Positions 49,012 through 56,598 of a DNA stretch of 64,000 bases are shown here, piece by piece; position 1 is the first letter of the stretch; each line of letters starts with the position of its first letter. The stretch lies in the sequence record MZ443769.1; one strand, given 5' to 3'. The notes below the pieces were generated by a model that was not told the DNA's origin, ran no database searches, and saw only the letters and a program-made list of their open reading frames with translations. Both the position numbers and the translations under genes were made by a program.

Positions 49012-49043
49012 AAAGAAGGGCCACCATTAGGCAGCCCCGTCTT
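49012..49043 (-). terminator. Rho-independent terminator
   Basis: Minus strand GGGCTGCC-TAAT-GGTGGCCC-TTCTTT. Confidence 0.7.
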
Positions 49044-49479
49044 AATACTTCTTAGGTTTCTTAATTGTGGATTTAGGTCGCTTGATTTTACGCAGCGCTT
49101 TACGAGCCTCAACAATATCTTTGGCCAGAGTAGCACGACGAGCTTTGGTCTGCTCTGTGTCTTGCTCTGTACCTTTAAGTTTGTCGAGACGATTCCACTC
49201 GCTAACAAGACGGTCAACGACAGCCGCTCTGCTTACACGCTGCTGGTTAACGCGAACGATATCCTGATTCGTTTTAACGGAGCGTTGTGTGTCTTGCACT
49301 TCGGTACGTGCAGACTTCACGCCCTTAGTATCACCGTCAGATTGTTTGTCGTTGAGCTTCTTACGCGCAAGCTGTGATCTACGTTGTGCACCTTTCAAGT
49401 CATCCTTAGAGTTCTCCAAGCTGACCTTCGTATCTTCAAGAGGACTTGTGCGAGCACTCAGGCTGATAAGAATTTTCAT
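49042..49479 (-). CDS. Basic coiled-coil protein with MKILISLSA leader
   Basis: Start 49479 with AGGAG SD (ORF track start 49542 crosses a terminator). Confidence 0.75.
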   Translation of the reverse strand: MKILISLSARTSPLEDTKVSLENSKDDLKGAQRRSQLARKKLNDKQSDGDTKGVKSARTEVQDTQRSVKTNQDIVRVNQQRVSRAAVVDRLVSEWNRLDKLKGTEQDTEQTKARRATLAKDIVEARKALRKIKRPKSTIKKPKKY

Positions 49480-49496
49480 ACATGCTCCTGAAAGAG

Positions 49497-49520
49497 AAAA
49501 GGGCGGCCGAAGCCACCCTC
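49497..49520 (-). terminator. Rho-independent terminator
   Basis: Minus strand GAGGGTGGCTTCGGCCGCCCTTTT. Confidence 0.75.
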
Positions 49521-49620
49521 TGTTAGATGGCGCGCTATGCACCCGACTTGTTAGGTCTTCTACTCTTATTTAGCCTCGTTGTAGTCTACGAGGAGATATG
49601 GATCACCTCCCCAGATGGTA

Positions 49621-50154
49621 CTACAATTCGAGTTCTTCGTGCTCGGCTTCCATTTCAGCGGCAGACCAAGAACGAATCACGGATGCGTTACCACGATTAC
49701 CAGTCAGCATTGTTTTAACTGCTGGTGATGCTTCTACTTCTGCGTAGTGGTTGGCGAGAGCTTTCTCGTCTTTGAACCACATAAGTGCCGATGCACCTTT
49801 TGAGCATACTAAGAACTGAACAGGCTTTCCATTACCGACGTTCAACGTCATGTAATAATCACCAACGCCATTAACACTGAGCATAGGCATGGGCTTCATC
49901 ACGTATTGGAAGTCGTCCGCTGTTTTAAGCGTCTTATCGCCGAGCAACCAGATAGCACCTTCTTCACCTGAGCGAATAGCACTGAGTTGACCGCGGCGCG
50001 TAGAGATTGTACCAAACGTTTCTTGATCGAAACGGGACAGACCGAAGATAAGGCTCGCAAGCTTCTTCAGGTCAGGAGTCGTGCAAGGACTATGAATTAT
50101 AGCCTTACCCTCAGACTCAAGTATGATTTTTGAAAGGGAAACAAAGATTTCCAT
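49621..50154 (-). CDS. Hypothetical protein with MEIFVSLSK leader
   Basis: 177 aa; CTAATTTC motif upstream. Confidence 0.75.
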   Translation of the reverse strand: MEIFVSLSKIILESEGKAIIHSPCTTPDLKKLASLIFGLSRFDQETFGTISTRRGQLSAIRSGEEGAIWLLGDKTLKTADDFQYVMKPMPMLSVNGVGDYYMTLNVGNGKPVQFLVCSKGASALMWFKDEKALANHYAEVEASPAVKTMLTGNRGNASVIRSWSAAEMEAEHEELEL

Positions 50155-50187
50155 CAGCTTAGATTCCGGTTGCAGGTAATTGTACTC

Positions 50188-50195
50188 GAAATTAG
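50188..50195 (-). promoter_or_regulatory. CTAATTTC variant of the late motif
   Basis: 33 nt upstream of the start; GACGCTAATTT context identical to 44557. Confidence 0.6.
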
Positions 50196-50219
50196 CGTCT
50201 GATCAGACTTTTCTGAAAT

Positions 50220-50250
50220 AAAAATGGGCAGCTCATTGGCCACCCATTTT
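50220..50250 (-). terminator. Rho-independent terminator
   Basis: Minus strand AAAATGGGTGGCCAATGAGCTGCCCATTTTT. Confidence 0.75.
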
Positions 50251-50254
50251 ATGC

Positions 50255-51547
50255 TTATTTAGAAGACTTCTTCTTCTTTTTCTTCTTAGGTTTTTCTTCG
50301 TCGTCTTCTTGTTGATCGCCGAATGAGACGTTCAACTGACCGCTATAAATCTGCGCCATCAATTCAGTCACAGTTGATTCCAACATGATATCGGCAGGCA
50401 CAGAAGTTGAGTTGAATGCAATCTCTGCATTAGCCAACGCTTTCTGCAAAAAGATCAAGCGTACTAAGTTCACACTGATCTTATCTTGCTTAACCATGTT
50501 CAGGAACATCTTGAGTCCAGCAGACTGCCACTTGTTTGTTTCGGCGTAATGACCGAGAACACCATGCAGCACCCAACGAGCTTTCACTACGATAGCACGA
50601 GGGTTGTTCGCTTCACGTAAGAACTGAATCACACCAATAAGATCCATCTCGTGGAATGCACCAATGACTTGAACAGCTTTGGCTTCCATTTCAATTTCAG
50701 GATCGGCTGCTGCAAGTTCTGCAACCAGCTTCTTATCGAAGTCTTCACCACCGAGCACGGACGAGTAAACGTTTTGCAACATCGAGATTGCACCACGCAT
50801 CTGACCACCAGCGTATTCAGCAATCTGGTGCATTGCTGCTTCTGCTTTCTCACGCGCTTTATCTTTCTTAGGCAGGATTTCGAGCTTGCCTGCGATTTCA
50901 ATCAAACGAGTGTGAATGATATCAGTCGGTACAGGTCTGATTGGAAGCTGAGTCATACGACCGACCATCGTACCTTTCATCTTCTCTGGGTTCGTCGTAA
51001 TGAAGATGAACACAACGTGAGCTGGCGGCTCTTCCGTAATCTTCAAGAACTTCGACTCTGCGGCACTGGACATTAAGTGGCATTCGTCGAGAATGAATAC
51101 ACGGCGTTTGAACAGCGCGTTACGAGATGCAGAGTCAACGATGTTCTGGCTACCGTCAACTTTACCTGCATCACCACCCATATCGTATTCTTGAATATCA
51201 GGATGTGAGTCAGGACCTGCATCAGCCATCTGACAGGAACGACATTTACCACATGCGCTGAACGTGTCGCAGTTGATGTACTTAGCAACCATACGACCGA
51301 ACGTTGTTTTGCCTGCGCCTGTGTGACCACTGATCAGAATAGTTGAGGGGATGACACCAGACTTCTTCCAGCCACGAAAGATTTTGACAATGTGATCTTG
51401 ACCAACATAGTCTTCAATACGACGTGGACGGAACTGAGCACCGAAGTTAATAGTCTTGAGTTCTACAACGTCCGTGCTCTTACTTTTCTTTGAAGGCTTA
51501 TCGTCACTGAATGCACGAGCCTTCTTTTTCTTTTCTACTTTCGCCAT
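50255..51547 (-). CDS. dnaX: Clamp-loader ATPase, DNA polymerase III gamma/tau-like
   Basis: FRPRRIEDYVGQ, GHTGAGKT, zinc CDTFSACGKCRSC, FILDECH, GGQMRGA; start MAKVEKK at 51547. Confidence 0.9.
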   Translation of the reverse strand: MAKVEKKKKARAFSDDKPSKKSKSTDVVELKTINFGAQFRPRRIEDYVGQDHIVKIFRGWKKSGVIPSTILISGHTGAGKTTFGRMVAKYINCDTFSACGKCRSCQMADAGPDSHPDIQEYDMGGDAGKVDGSQNIVDSASRNALFKRRVFILDECHLMSSAAESKFLKITEEPPAHVVFIFITTNPEKMKGTMVGRMTQLPIRPVPTDIIHTRLIEIAGKLEILPKKDKAREKAEAAMHQIAEYAGGQMRGAISMLQNVYSSVLGGEDFDKKLVAELAAADPEIEMEAKAVQVIGAFHEMDLIGVIQFLREANNPRAIVVKARWVLHGVLGHYAETNKWQSAGLKMFLNMVKQDKISVNLVRLIFLQKALANAEIAFNSTSVPADIMLESTVTELMAQIYSGQLNVSFGDQQEDDEEKPKKKKKKKSSK

Positions 51548-51582
51548 TTTAAATCGCCCTTTGATTTTGTCTCTACTCGCTA

Positions 51583-51591
51583 TATTTACAG
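51583..51591 (-). promoter_or_regulatory. CTGTAAATA motif upstream of dnaX
   Basis: Exact motif after a terminator. Confidence 0.7.
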
Positions 51592-51610
51592 TATTCGGCA
51601 GTGTACAGAC

Positions 51611-51648
51611 AAAAAGAAAGGACCACATCCCAAAGCGGGAGGGTCCTT
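51611..51648 (-). terminator. Probable terminator
   Basis: Minus strand AAGGACC..GGTCCTTTCTTTTT. Confidence 0.6.
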
Positions 51649-51701
51649 ATGATCGAGACATAAAATGGTGATAACAACTATCGGCAGTGGGCGCTGGCGA
51701 T

Positions 51702-51899
51702 TCAGGCAAAACTCAACTCCCAACGAGGTACAACTCGGGAGAAGGTTTTAAAGTGGCTTGGTGGATTTCGTTTGAGTTGAGCAACAGAGCGTTCAACTTC
51801 ATCATAGTCTTTGATATCACTCGCAACGGTGTGAGTGACGAACGTACCGTCAGCATGAATCAAATCAGCGACAACACGGTATCGTGGGATTCTAAACAT
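51702..51899 (-). CDS. Hypothetical protein (65 aa)
   Basis: Strong AGGAG SD; CTGTAAATA at 51941-51949. Confidence 0.7.
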   Translation of the reverse strand: MFRIPRYRVVADLIHADGTFVTHTVASDIKDYDEVERSVAQLKRNPPSHFKTFSRVVPRWELSFA

Positions 51900-51940
51900 G
51901 TATTCTCCTGCTATAAAAAATTCTCGTCGTTATTGAATTA

Positions 51941-51949
51941 TATTTACAG
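51941..51949 (-). promoter_or_regulatory. CTGTAAATA motif
   Basis: Exact motif 41 nt upstream of the start. Confidence 0.7.
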
Positions 51950-51989
51950 TTAAATCCAGTTCAAATCCTGAACTAAAGTAAGACTAATC

Positions 51990-52340
51990 TTAAACTCCAA
52001 TATGCTCTCGTAAAAACATATTGGAGTTAGCCCTCGACAGATGACGGTCTATCGAAGACTATCCCCCTGCACTCTTGTATGTACGTCAGTGCAGGAACGT
52101 TCGCGGTCTTATGCGCTATATCTCGCAGCAGGGTTGGCAGCAGGTAGCAGGGTCCCTCGCTGCATAGCGCGGCCGCACTTCGGCCATCAGTGTTACGCGG
52201 TGTTACGCGGTGTTACACTGAGCGGCCTTGACTCTTTGGCCGAGTCGGTACAAAAAAGTGTCTGGCCCACAATGAAGGCATGAAGCATTCGGGCCAGACC
52301 AAAACTTTCGAAGCAAACTCCTTATGCCTCGTTTTGTACA
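51990..52340 (-). ncRNA. Candidate structured non-coding RNA or origin-like locus
   Basis: No credible ORF; at least six inverted repeats of 5-12 bp, a 10-nt tandem repeat, and a CTAATTTTTAC motif at 52342-52352 pointing into it. Confidence 0.45.
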
Positions 52341-52344
52341 TGTA

Positions 52345-52352
52345 AAAATTAG
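52345..52352 (-). promoter_or_regulatory. CTAATTTT(TAC) motif with no downstream ORF
   Basis: CTAATTTTTACATG, the same 14-mer as before the H1-like gene. Confidence 0.6.
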
Positions 52353-52379
52353 AAACATCTCGCAATATTCAGACAATTC

Positions 52380-52967
52380 TTAGTCTAACATTGGAATAAA
52401 GTTTTCGAGGAAATGCTGGCGATCAAACGAGCTAATACGATGCGGATGATCGATGTGCGCGTTCCATGGTTGGGTGAACAGCAATACGTTCTTCGGAAGT
52501 GCTGATACATCTCCGACGCGAGTAAAGTTGTTCGTTACCTGAGTACGTGGGTTGTCGTCAATCAGGTAGTAACCGTCTTCACCGTGAATTGAATTCAAGA
52601 AAGCAATCTTATCAGGATGCTCTGCTGGATTCAGTACGTGAATGTGATCGAACATCGACAGGTGAGGAGCCAGAGCTTTGCGAGTATAACGTTCACCTTT
52701 CTCATGATAACCACGATGCGTACAAACACCGAGAGAGAATCCTTCACGCAACAGGAAAGAAAGCGTTTGAATGAAGTAATCATTCATGTCAACTTCTAAC
52801 ATGAAGCGACCGCTCTCCAGCAGATCAACGAAAGGCTTGCCACCAATCTCAGGAGTGATGTAGCGATCTTCGACCATGATGCCGTGGCCTTGCAGATGGA
52901 GATTCATGTACAAGTGAGTACGGAATCCCGTGTCATCTAAGTCAACGTAAATAGGTTTCAAGTCCAT
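52380..52967 (-). CDS. HAD-superfamily 5'(3')-deoxyribonucleotidase-like protein
   Basis: IYVDLDDT (DxD), VCTHRG, LIDDNP, LFTQPWN motifs. Confidence 0.8.
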   Translation of the reverse strand: MDLKPIYVDLDDTGFRTHLYMNLHLQGHGIMVEDRYITPEIGGKPFVDLLESGRFMLEVDMNDYFIQTLSFLLREGFSLGVCTHRGYHEKGERYTRKALAPHLSMFDHIHVLNPAEHPDKIAFLNSIHGEDGYYLIDDNPRTQVTNNFTRVGDVSALPKNVLLFTQPWNAHIDHPHRISSFDRQHFLENFIPMLD

Positions 52968-53299
52968 TAGTGTCTCGTGCCATTTACCAAAATAGGTATG
53001 TTGTTGATACGACCGAGAGATAAGAAGTGCTTGTGGTGAAGCTGTCTCATTTCATCGGCATTCGTTACGAAGATGACTTCCTGATCGTAGTCCAGCTGGA
53101 AGCACGGTACTTCACGCAGTTCTACGATATCACCAATCTCACAGACGTGGTACGGGGCATTCAGCCAAACAGAACCGTTAGAACAATAAAGAATGTGACC
53201 CACGTAATAAACATCATCAAGTGAAATCATGTGAAGAGGTTCGAACATCAAGGCTTCGTTATCGTTGAAGTCGAAAGTGAAATCATCATCGTCAGGCAT
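52967..53299 (-). CDS. Hypothetical acidic protein (110 aa)
   Basis: GAGG SD; TAATG coupling. Confidence 0.7.
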   Translation of the reverse strand: MPDDDDFTFDFNDNEALMFEPLHMISLDDVYYVGHILYCSNGSVWLNAPYHVCEIGDIVELREVPCFQLDYDQEVIFVTNADEMRQLHHKHFLSLGRINNIPILVNGTRH

Positions 53300-53302
53300 A
53301 TG

Positions 53303-53875
53303 TTAAGACCTCAAATCAATCAGGATAGAAGCACTGAGATCACGAAGCATACTGCGACCTAGTGATGTGTACATAACCTGAGAAACAACAATGCGTTCGA
53401 GGAACAGACGAGAGCTTTCAACATCGTGACCTGTCTTACCGCGAACATATTCGATTATAGAGGAAGGTGGCTGTATGAGGAAGGTAAGTATTTCTGCATC
53501 ATGCAAAACAGAACCCATGTCAGTAACAGGGCGCATCTCTGTTTCCTGATCAAGGATGTATGCGAGAACACGCTCACCGTTACCAGTGATTGGATTTTGT
53601 TTGAAGAAAGAACGAGTAACGTCCACAGTGTGTTTAAAGTTGTAGTCGCTACTCGTTGGAAGACGCAAGAAAAGTGAAGCAAGTAAAAGGTTAATATCGA
53701 CCTGAGGGCCGCTTTCAATATTGAGCATCGCGTGAGAAGTGAGAACAACATTGAGAGCGAAATCCCTAGTGTACAGTGTATGCGCAGCCGCGTGTCTGTC
53801 ATAGAAGTCAAGGGCTTTCCGTAACCCTTGATTCATTAACAGATGTTCTGCTTTTATGCGGGCGAGGCGCTGCAC
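53303..53875 (-). CDS. Hypothetical protein, possibly degenerate HD-domain
   Basis: LLLASLFLR in place of LLxAALxHD; later VLHDAEIL resembles the xxDAD motif. Confidence 0.55.
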   Translation of the reverse strand: MQRLARIKAEHLLMNQGLRKALDFYDRHAAAHTLYTRDFALNVVLTSHAMLNIESGPQVDINLLLASLFLRLPTSSDYNFKHTVDVTRSFFKQNPITGNGERVLAYILDQETEMRPVTDMGSVLHDAEILTFLIQPPSSIIEYVRGKTGHDVESSRLFLERIVVSQVMYTSLGRSMLRDLSASILIDLRS

Positions 53876-53876
53876 T

Positions 53877-54848
53877 TTAGTTTTCCCCGCGGATTTCTTT
53901 AAGCGAGTTCTTCATCGCTTTGCGCAGAGACTTACCAACATCAATACCGTCGATGTGCTTCGCAAACACATGGGCGAACAATGTTGTTGGGTTTTTCATT
54001 ACTGCTTTGTCGAGATCAGGACGGCCACCAGCAATCTGAATCTCTCCAGGCCACAGGTCTGCAATAGCGGCAGAGTCCTGTCCTGCAATCAGTTCGAGTT
54101 CACGCACACTGATTGAGTTCTGACGTGCGATAGTACGGAAGATGATATCGACGAAAGGCAGAAGGTCTTCGGACACAACGTTCTTCACGTCTTTGGCATC
54201 ACCAGCACGTTGGAAATCTTCCATCAGTTCTGTCAGAGTTTTCTGATCGATCTTCTGAACGTTGCGCAGTTTCTTAAACATCACCATCCAGCGAACTTTA
54301 CGCTTAGAACTTACGAGGTGAGTCCAGACGCTTTCGCCTAATGCAAGGAGTAGACGATTATAAACATCCACACTAACGCAATCACGATCAACGAACACAG
54401 AGACTTCATCATGCCATTCATCCTTCCGGAACTTAGTTCGGAATGAATGCGTCTTCGAGCCTGACTGCTGAATGAAATTGATAGACGCCATACGTCTTAC
54501 AGCTTCACGCAGTTTGTACTTGTCGATCAGCTTAGGAAGTTTCTTCACGCCGATCATACAGGCTTTACGAACTTCCGATTCACGTCCGTACAGATGCAAC
54601 GCAGGCATATCAGAAATAGCAGGCAGACCTACGTGCGGACGAACAGTAACACCAAACACAGAACTGCCCGGCTCGGGGTCATCACCAAGTACGCACAACA
54701 GGTCAGTGCTTGGCAGGAATTTAATCACGACGGGTTCTGGCAGATGCAGCGAGTTAGCAGCAAGGCCAACTGTTTTACCTGTCGCTAGAACCAGAAGATT
54801 TTTATTACCCTGCCTTACGACAACATAATCTTTTTCACGATGTTTCAT
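53877..54848 (-). CDS. Hypothetical protein (323 aa)
   Basis: Long collinear ORF. Confidence 0.75.
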   Translation of the reverse strand: MKHREKDYVVVRQGNKNLLVLATGKTVGLAANSLHLPEPVVIKFLPSTDLLCVLGDDPEPGSSVFGVTVRPHVGLPAISDMPALHLYGRESEVRKACMIGVKKLPKLIDKYKLREAVRRMASINFIQQSGSKTHSFRTKFRKDEWHDEVSVFVDRDCVSVDVYNRLLLALGESVWTHLVSSKRKVRWMVMFKKLRNVQKIDQKTLTELMEDFQRAGDAKDVKNVVSEDLLPFVDIIFRTIARQNSISVRELELIAGQDSAAIADLWPGEIQIAGGRPDLDKAVMKNPTTLFAHVFAKHIDGIDVGKSLRKAMKNSLKEIRGEN

Positions 54849-54856
54849 AACGGCCT

Positions 54857-55333
54857 TTAGATTTGAGTTTCAGAAGAAAGAAGTCCGTGAGTCATACCAG
54901 CAGCAGGATGCCACTTGGTAGTTACGTTGAGGAGAGCTTGCTCTTCCCACGCATCATTGTCTTCAAGTTGTTCGCAGATCAGAGCGAGCGCCATGTTCTC
55001 GTCTTTGCCTAAGTGCGCGAAGTCAGCAACAACGATCTTAGGCTTAGACAGGTCTGCGATCTCTTCGAGACAGTATTGCAGTTCTTGCAGCGAGTTAACG
55101 GCATACGAACTGCAATCCATCAGACCAGCATATTCAGTTGGTCCAAAGTGAGTGATCGCAAAGTCAGGCGCGATATCATGCAAGCACAGGAAGTGCATCA
55201 GGTCAGTGGCAATCGACGGCTGAACTTGCATGTTAAGTACCGCGATTGAGCACGGTACGTCTGATACGATTTGAAGATCACATGATGTTCCAGCAAGGTC
55301 TTTGACGATGCTGTGTGCGAGAAGGTTGCTCAT
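54857..55333 (-). CDS. Hypothetical protein (158 aa)
   Basis: GAGG SD; collinear. Confidence 0.7.
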   Translation of the reverse strand: MSNLLAHSIVKDLAGTSCDLQIVSDVPCSIAVLNMQVQPSIATDLMHFLCLHDIAPDFAITHFGPTEYAGLMDCSSYAVNSLQELQYCLEEIADLSKPKIVVADFAHLGKDENMALALICEQLEDNDAWEEQALLNVTTKWHPAAGMTHGLLSSETQI

Positions 55334-55344
55334 GATGAAGCCCT

Positions 55345-55569
55345 CTATTTCTCTTCTGTTGGGTATGATACAGGACTAGAAGTCTTGTAGAAGTTAAAAT
55401 CCGTGTTGAAACGAACAGAGGCGCGAGACACTTCTGTTTGTGCCCGCACCGACTTCTGCTGTTTGCGTTTGTTGAGAGACTCACGACGATCGAGGTCGTC
55501 AAAGATACCAGACCGTCTGTGGTACTTGAACTTCGGATGCACTGAAATATCTTTGACGATAGCGGTCAT
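55345..55569 (-). CDS. Hypothetical basic protein (74 aa)
   Basis: ATGA coupling to the upstream gene. Confidence 0.6.
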   Translation of the reverse strand: MTAIVKDISVHPKFKYHRRSGIFDDLDRRESLNKRKQQKSVRAQTEVSRASVRFNTDFNFYKTSSPVSYPTEEK

Positions 55570-56591
55570 TTTTTATATTGTCCCGTTACTGAATAGATAA
55601 GAGATTTTTTGTACAGCCGAGCATTGACGATCAGATACTTAAACTCTTTGGTCACATCAAGCTCGCCTCCAACAACTTTGGAGATTGGAATATTTTCGAT
55701 ATCAGCAATAGTCAAGGCTGTACCCATCTCACTGAAAGAAAACGAAGAAGACAGGGAAAAGCTGTTCAACGATTTCTTTGAAATGTTCGATGGGTGTTTA
55801 CCATGTTGACGTTTTGCATCAAGCCAGTTCTGCCAGTCACTCGTTGCATGATTCATAGAACGAAGAATTAGCGAGCGTGGAACTGTACTTGGATATTTCT
55901 TACGAAACTCCGTGACGACAGTAGAGACAGGAGGACCTGCTGATACGCGACGTTTATCTTTGAGTACCTTTCTCAGGTAGTCAGACCAATGAGAATAAGC
56001 TTCGACTCGAATCTGGATATACTCGTCCAGACGAATCGCTTGCTCGATACTGCATTCAATTTCGAATGTCACCAAAGAACCGCGATGACGTTCTTGGTTT
56101 GGTTTGTGTCGCGCATCCTGTTTAGCAGCCTGAATTTCAGAAGACACTTTATCACGAACACACGAAGCCCAAGCATAAACGAGCGTGAGACGCATGTCAG
56201 GTCCGTCAACTAAAACTTCAGGATAGAATTCAAGCAGCAATGGAATTGCATATCCAATCGCGCATCTGCGCTCGATGTACGCGGACTTGAGTTCACCGAT
56301 ATTCAGTTTACCCTCGGCAGAAAACATCTCTTTGGTTTGTTTGTGTGAGTCGGCTATTGCACCGCCTTCCCCTAGAACATCAGCCACAGTCAGAGTAGAT
56401 TTTGCTATGGCTGCATATGCTTCTTCGATTGAAACATCAGGCCAAGTACGGTAACCAGTTTCATCGAGGACAAAAGTCCTACGACAATACAGCTCGTAGA
56501 TGTGCAAAAAGTCCGCGACAGACAGACTTGATGGGTACACGAATTTTTTAGTTACTTTCTTTGGCGTGATACCGGCTTTTTTCTTAATCAT
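55566..56591 (-). CDS. Hypothetical protein; C-terminal half resembles TnpB REC/WED without RuvC
   Basis: By-eye similarity of TFEIECSIEQAIRLD..TEFRKKYPSTVPRSLILRSMNHATSDWQNW..HP..SKK..SF to the IS200/IS605 TnpB N-terminus. Confidence 0.45.
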   Translation of the reverse strand: MIKKKAGITPKKVTKKFVYPSSLSVADFLHIYELYCRRTFVLDETGYRTWPDVSIEEAYAAIAKSTLTVADVLGEGGAIADSHKQTKEMFSAEGKLNIGELKSAYIERRCAIGYAIPLLLEFYPEVLVDGPDMRLTLVYAWASCVRDKVSSEIQAAKQDARHKPNQERHRGSLVTFEIECSIEQAIRLDEYIQIRVEAYSHWSDYLRKVLKDKRRVSAGPPVSTVVTEFRKKYPSTVPRSLILRSMNHATSDWQNWLDAKRQHGKHPSNISKKSLNSFSLSSSFSFSEMGTALTIADIENIPISKVVGGELDVTKEFKYLIVNARLYKKSLIYSVTGQYKK

Positions 56592-56598
56592 CGCTTTC

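Noticed and set aside
51959-51968. GTTCAAATCC resembling a tRNA T-loop
   Set aside because: The flanks do not form a T-stem and there is no acceptor, D or anticodon arm or CCA; not a tRNA or tmRNA end.
52190-52216. TGTTACGCGG tandem repeat as a CRISPR or mini-array
   Set aside because: 10-nt units are directly adjacent with no spacers, and no cas genes were seen.
52041-52283. 80-aa plus-strand ORF inside the structured region
   Set aside because: No SD, opposite to the local gene direction, with composition dictated by the hairpins and repeat.
53877-54848. Degenerate zincin-like metallopeptidase (ALGESVWTHL..LFAHVFA)
   Set aside because: No HExxH motif; the resemblance is too weak to call.
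55566-56591. Active IS200/IS605 element
   Set aside because: No RuvC motifs, no tnpA and no subterminal hairpins were recognised; reported only as a possible domesticated fragment.
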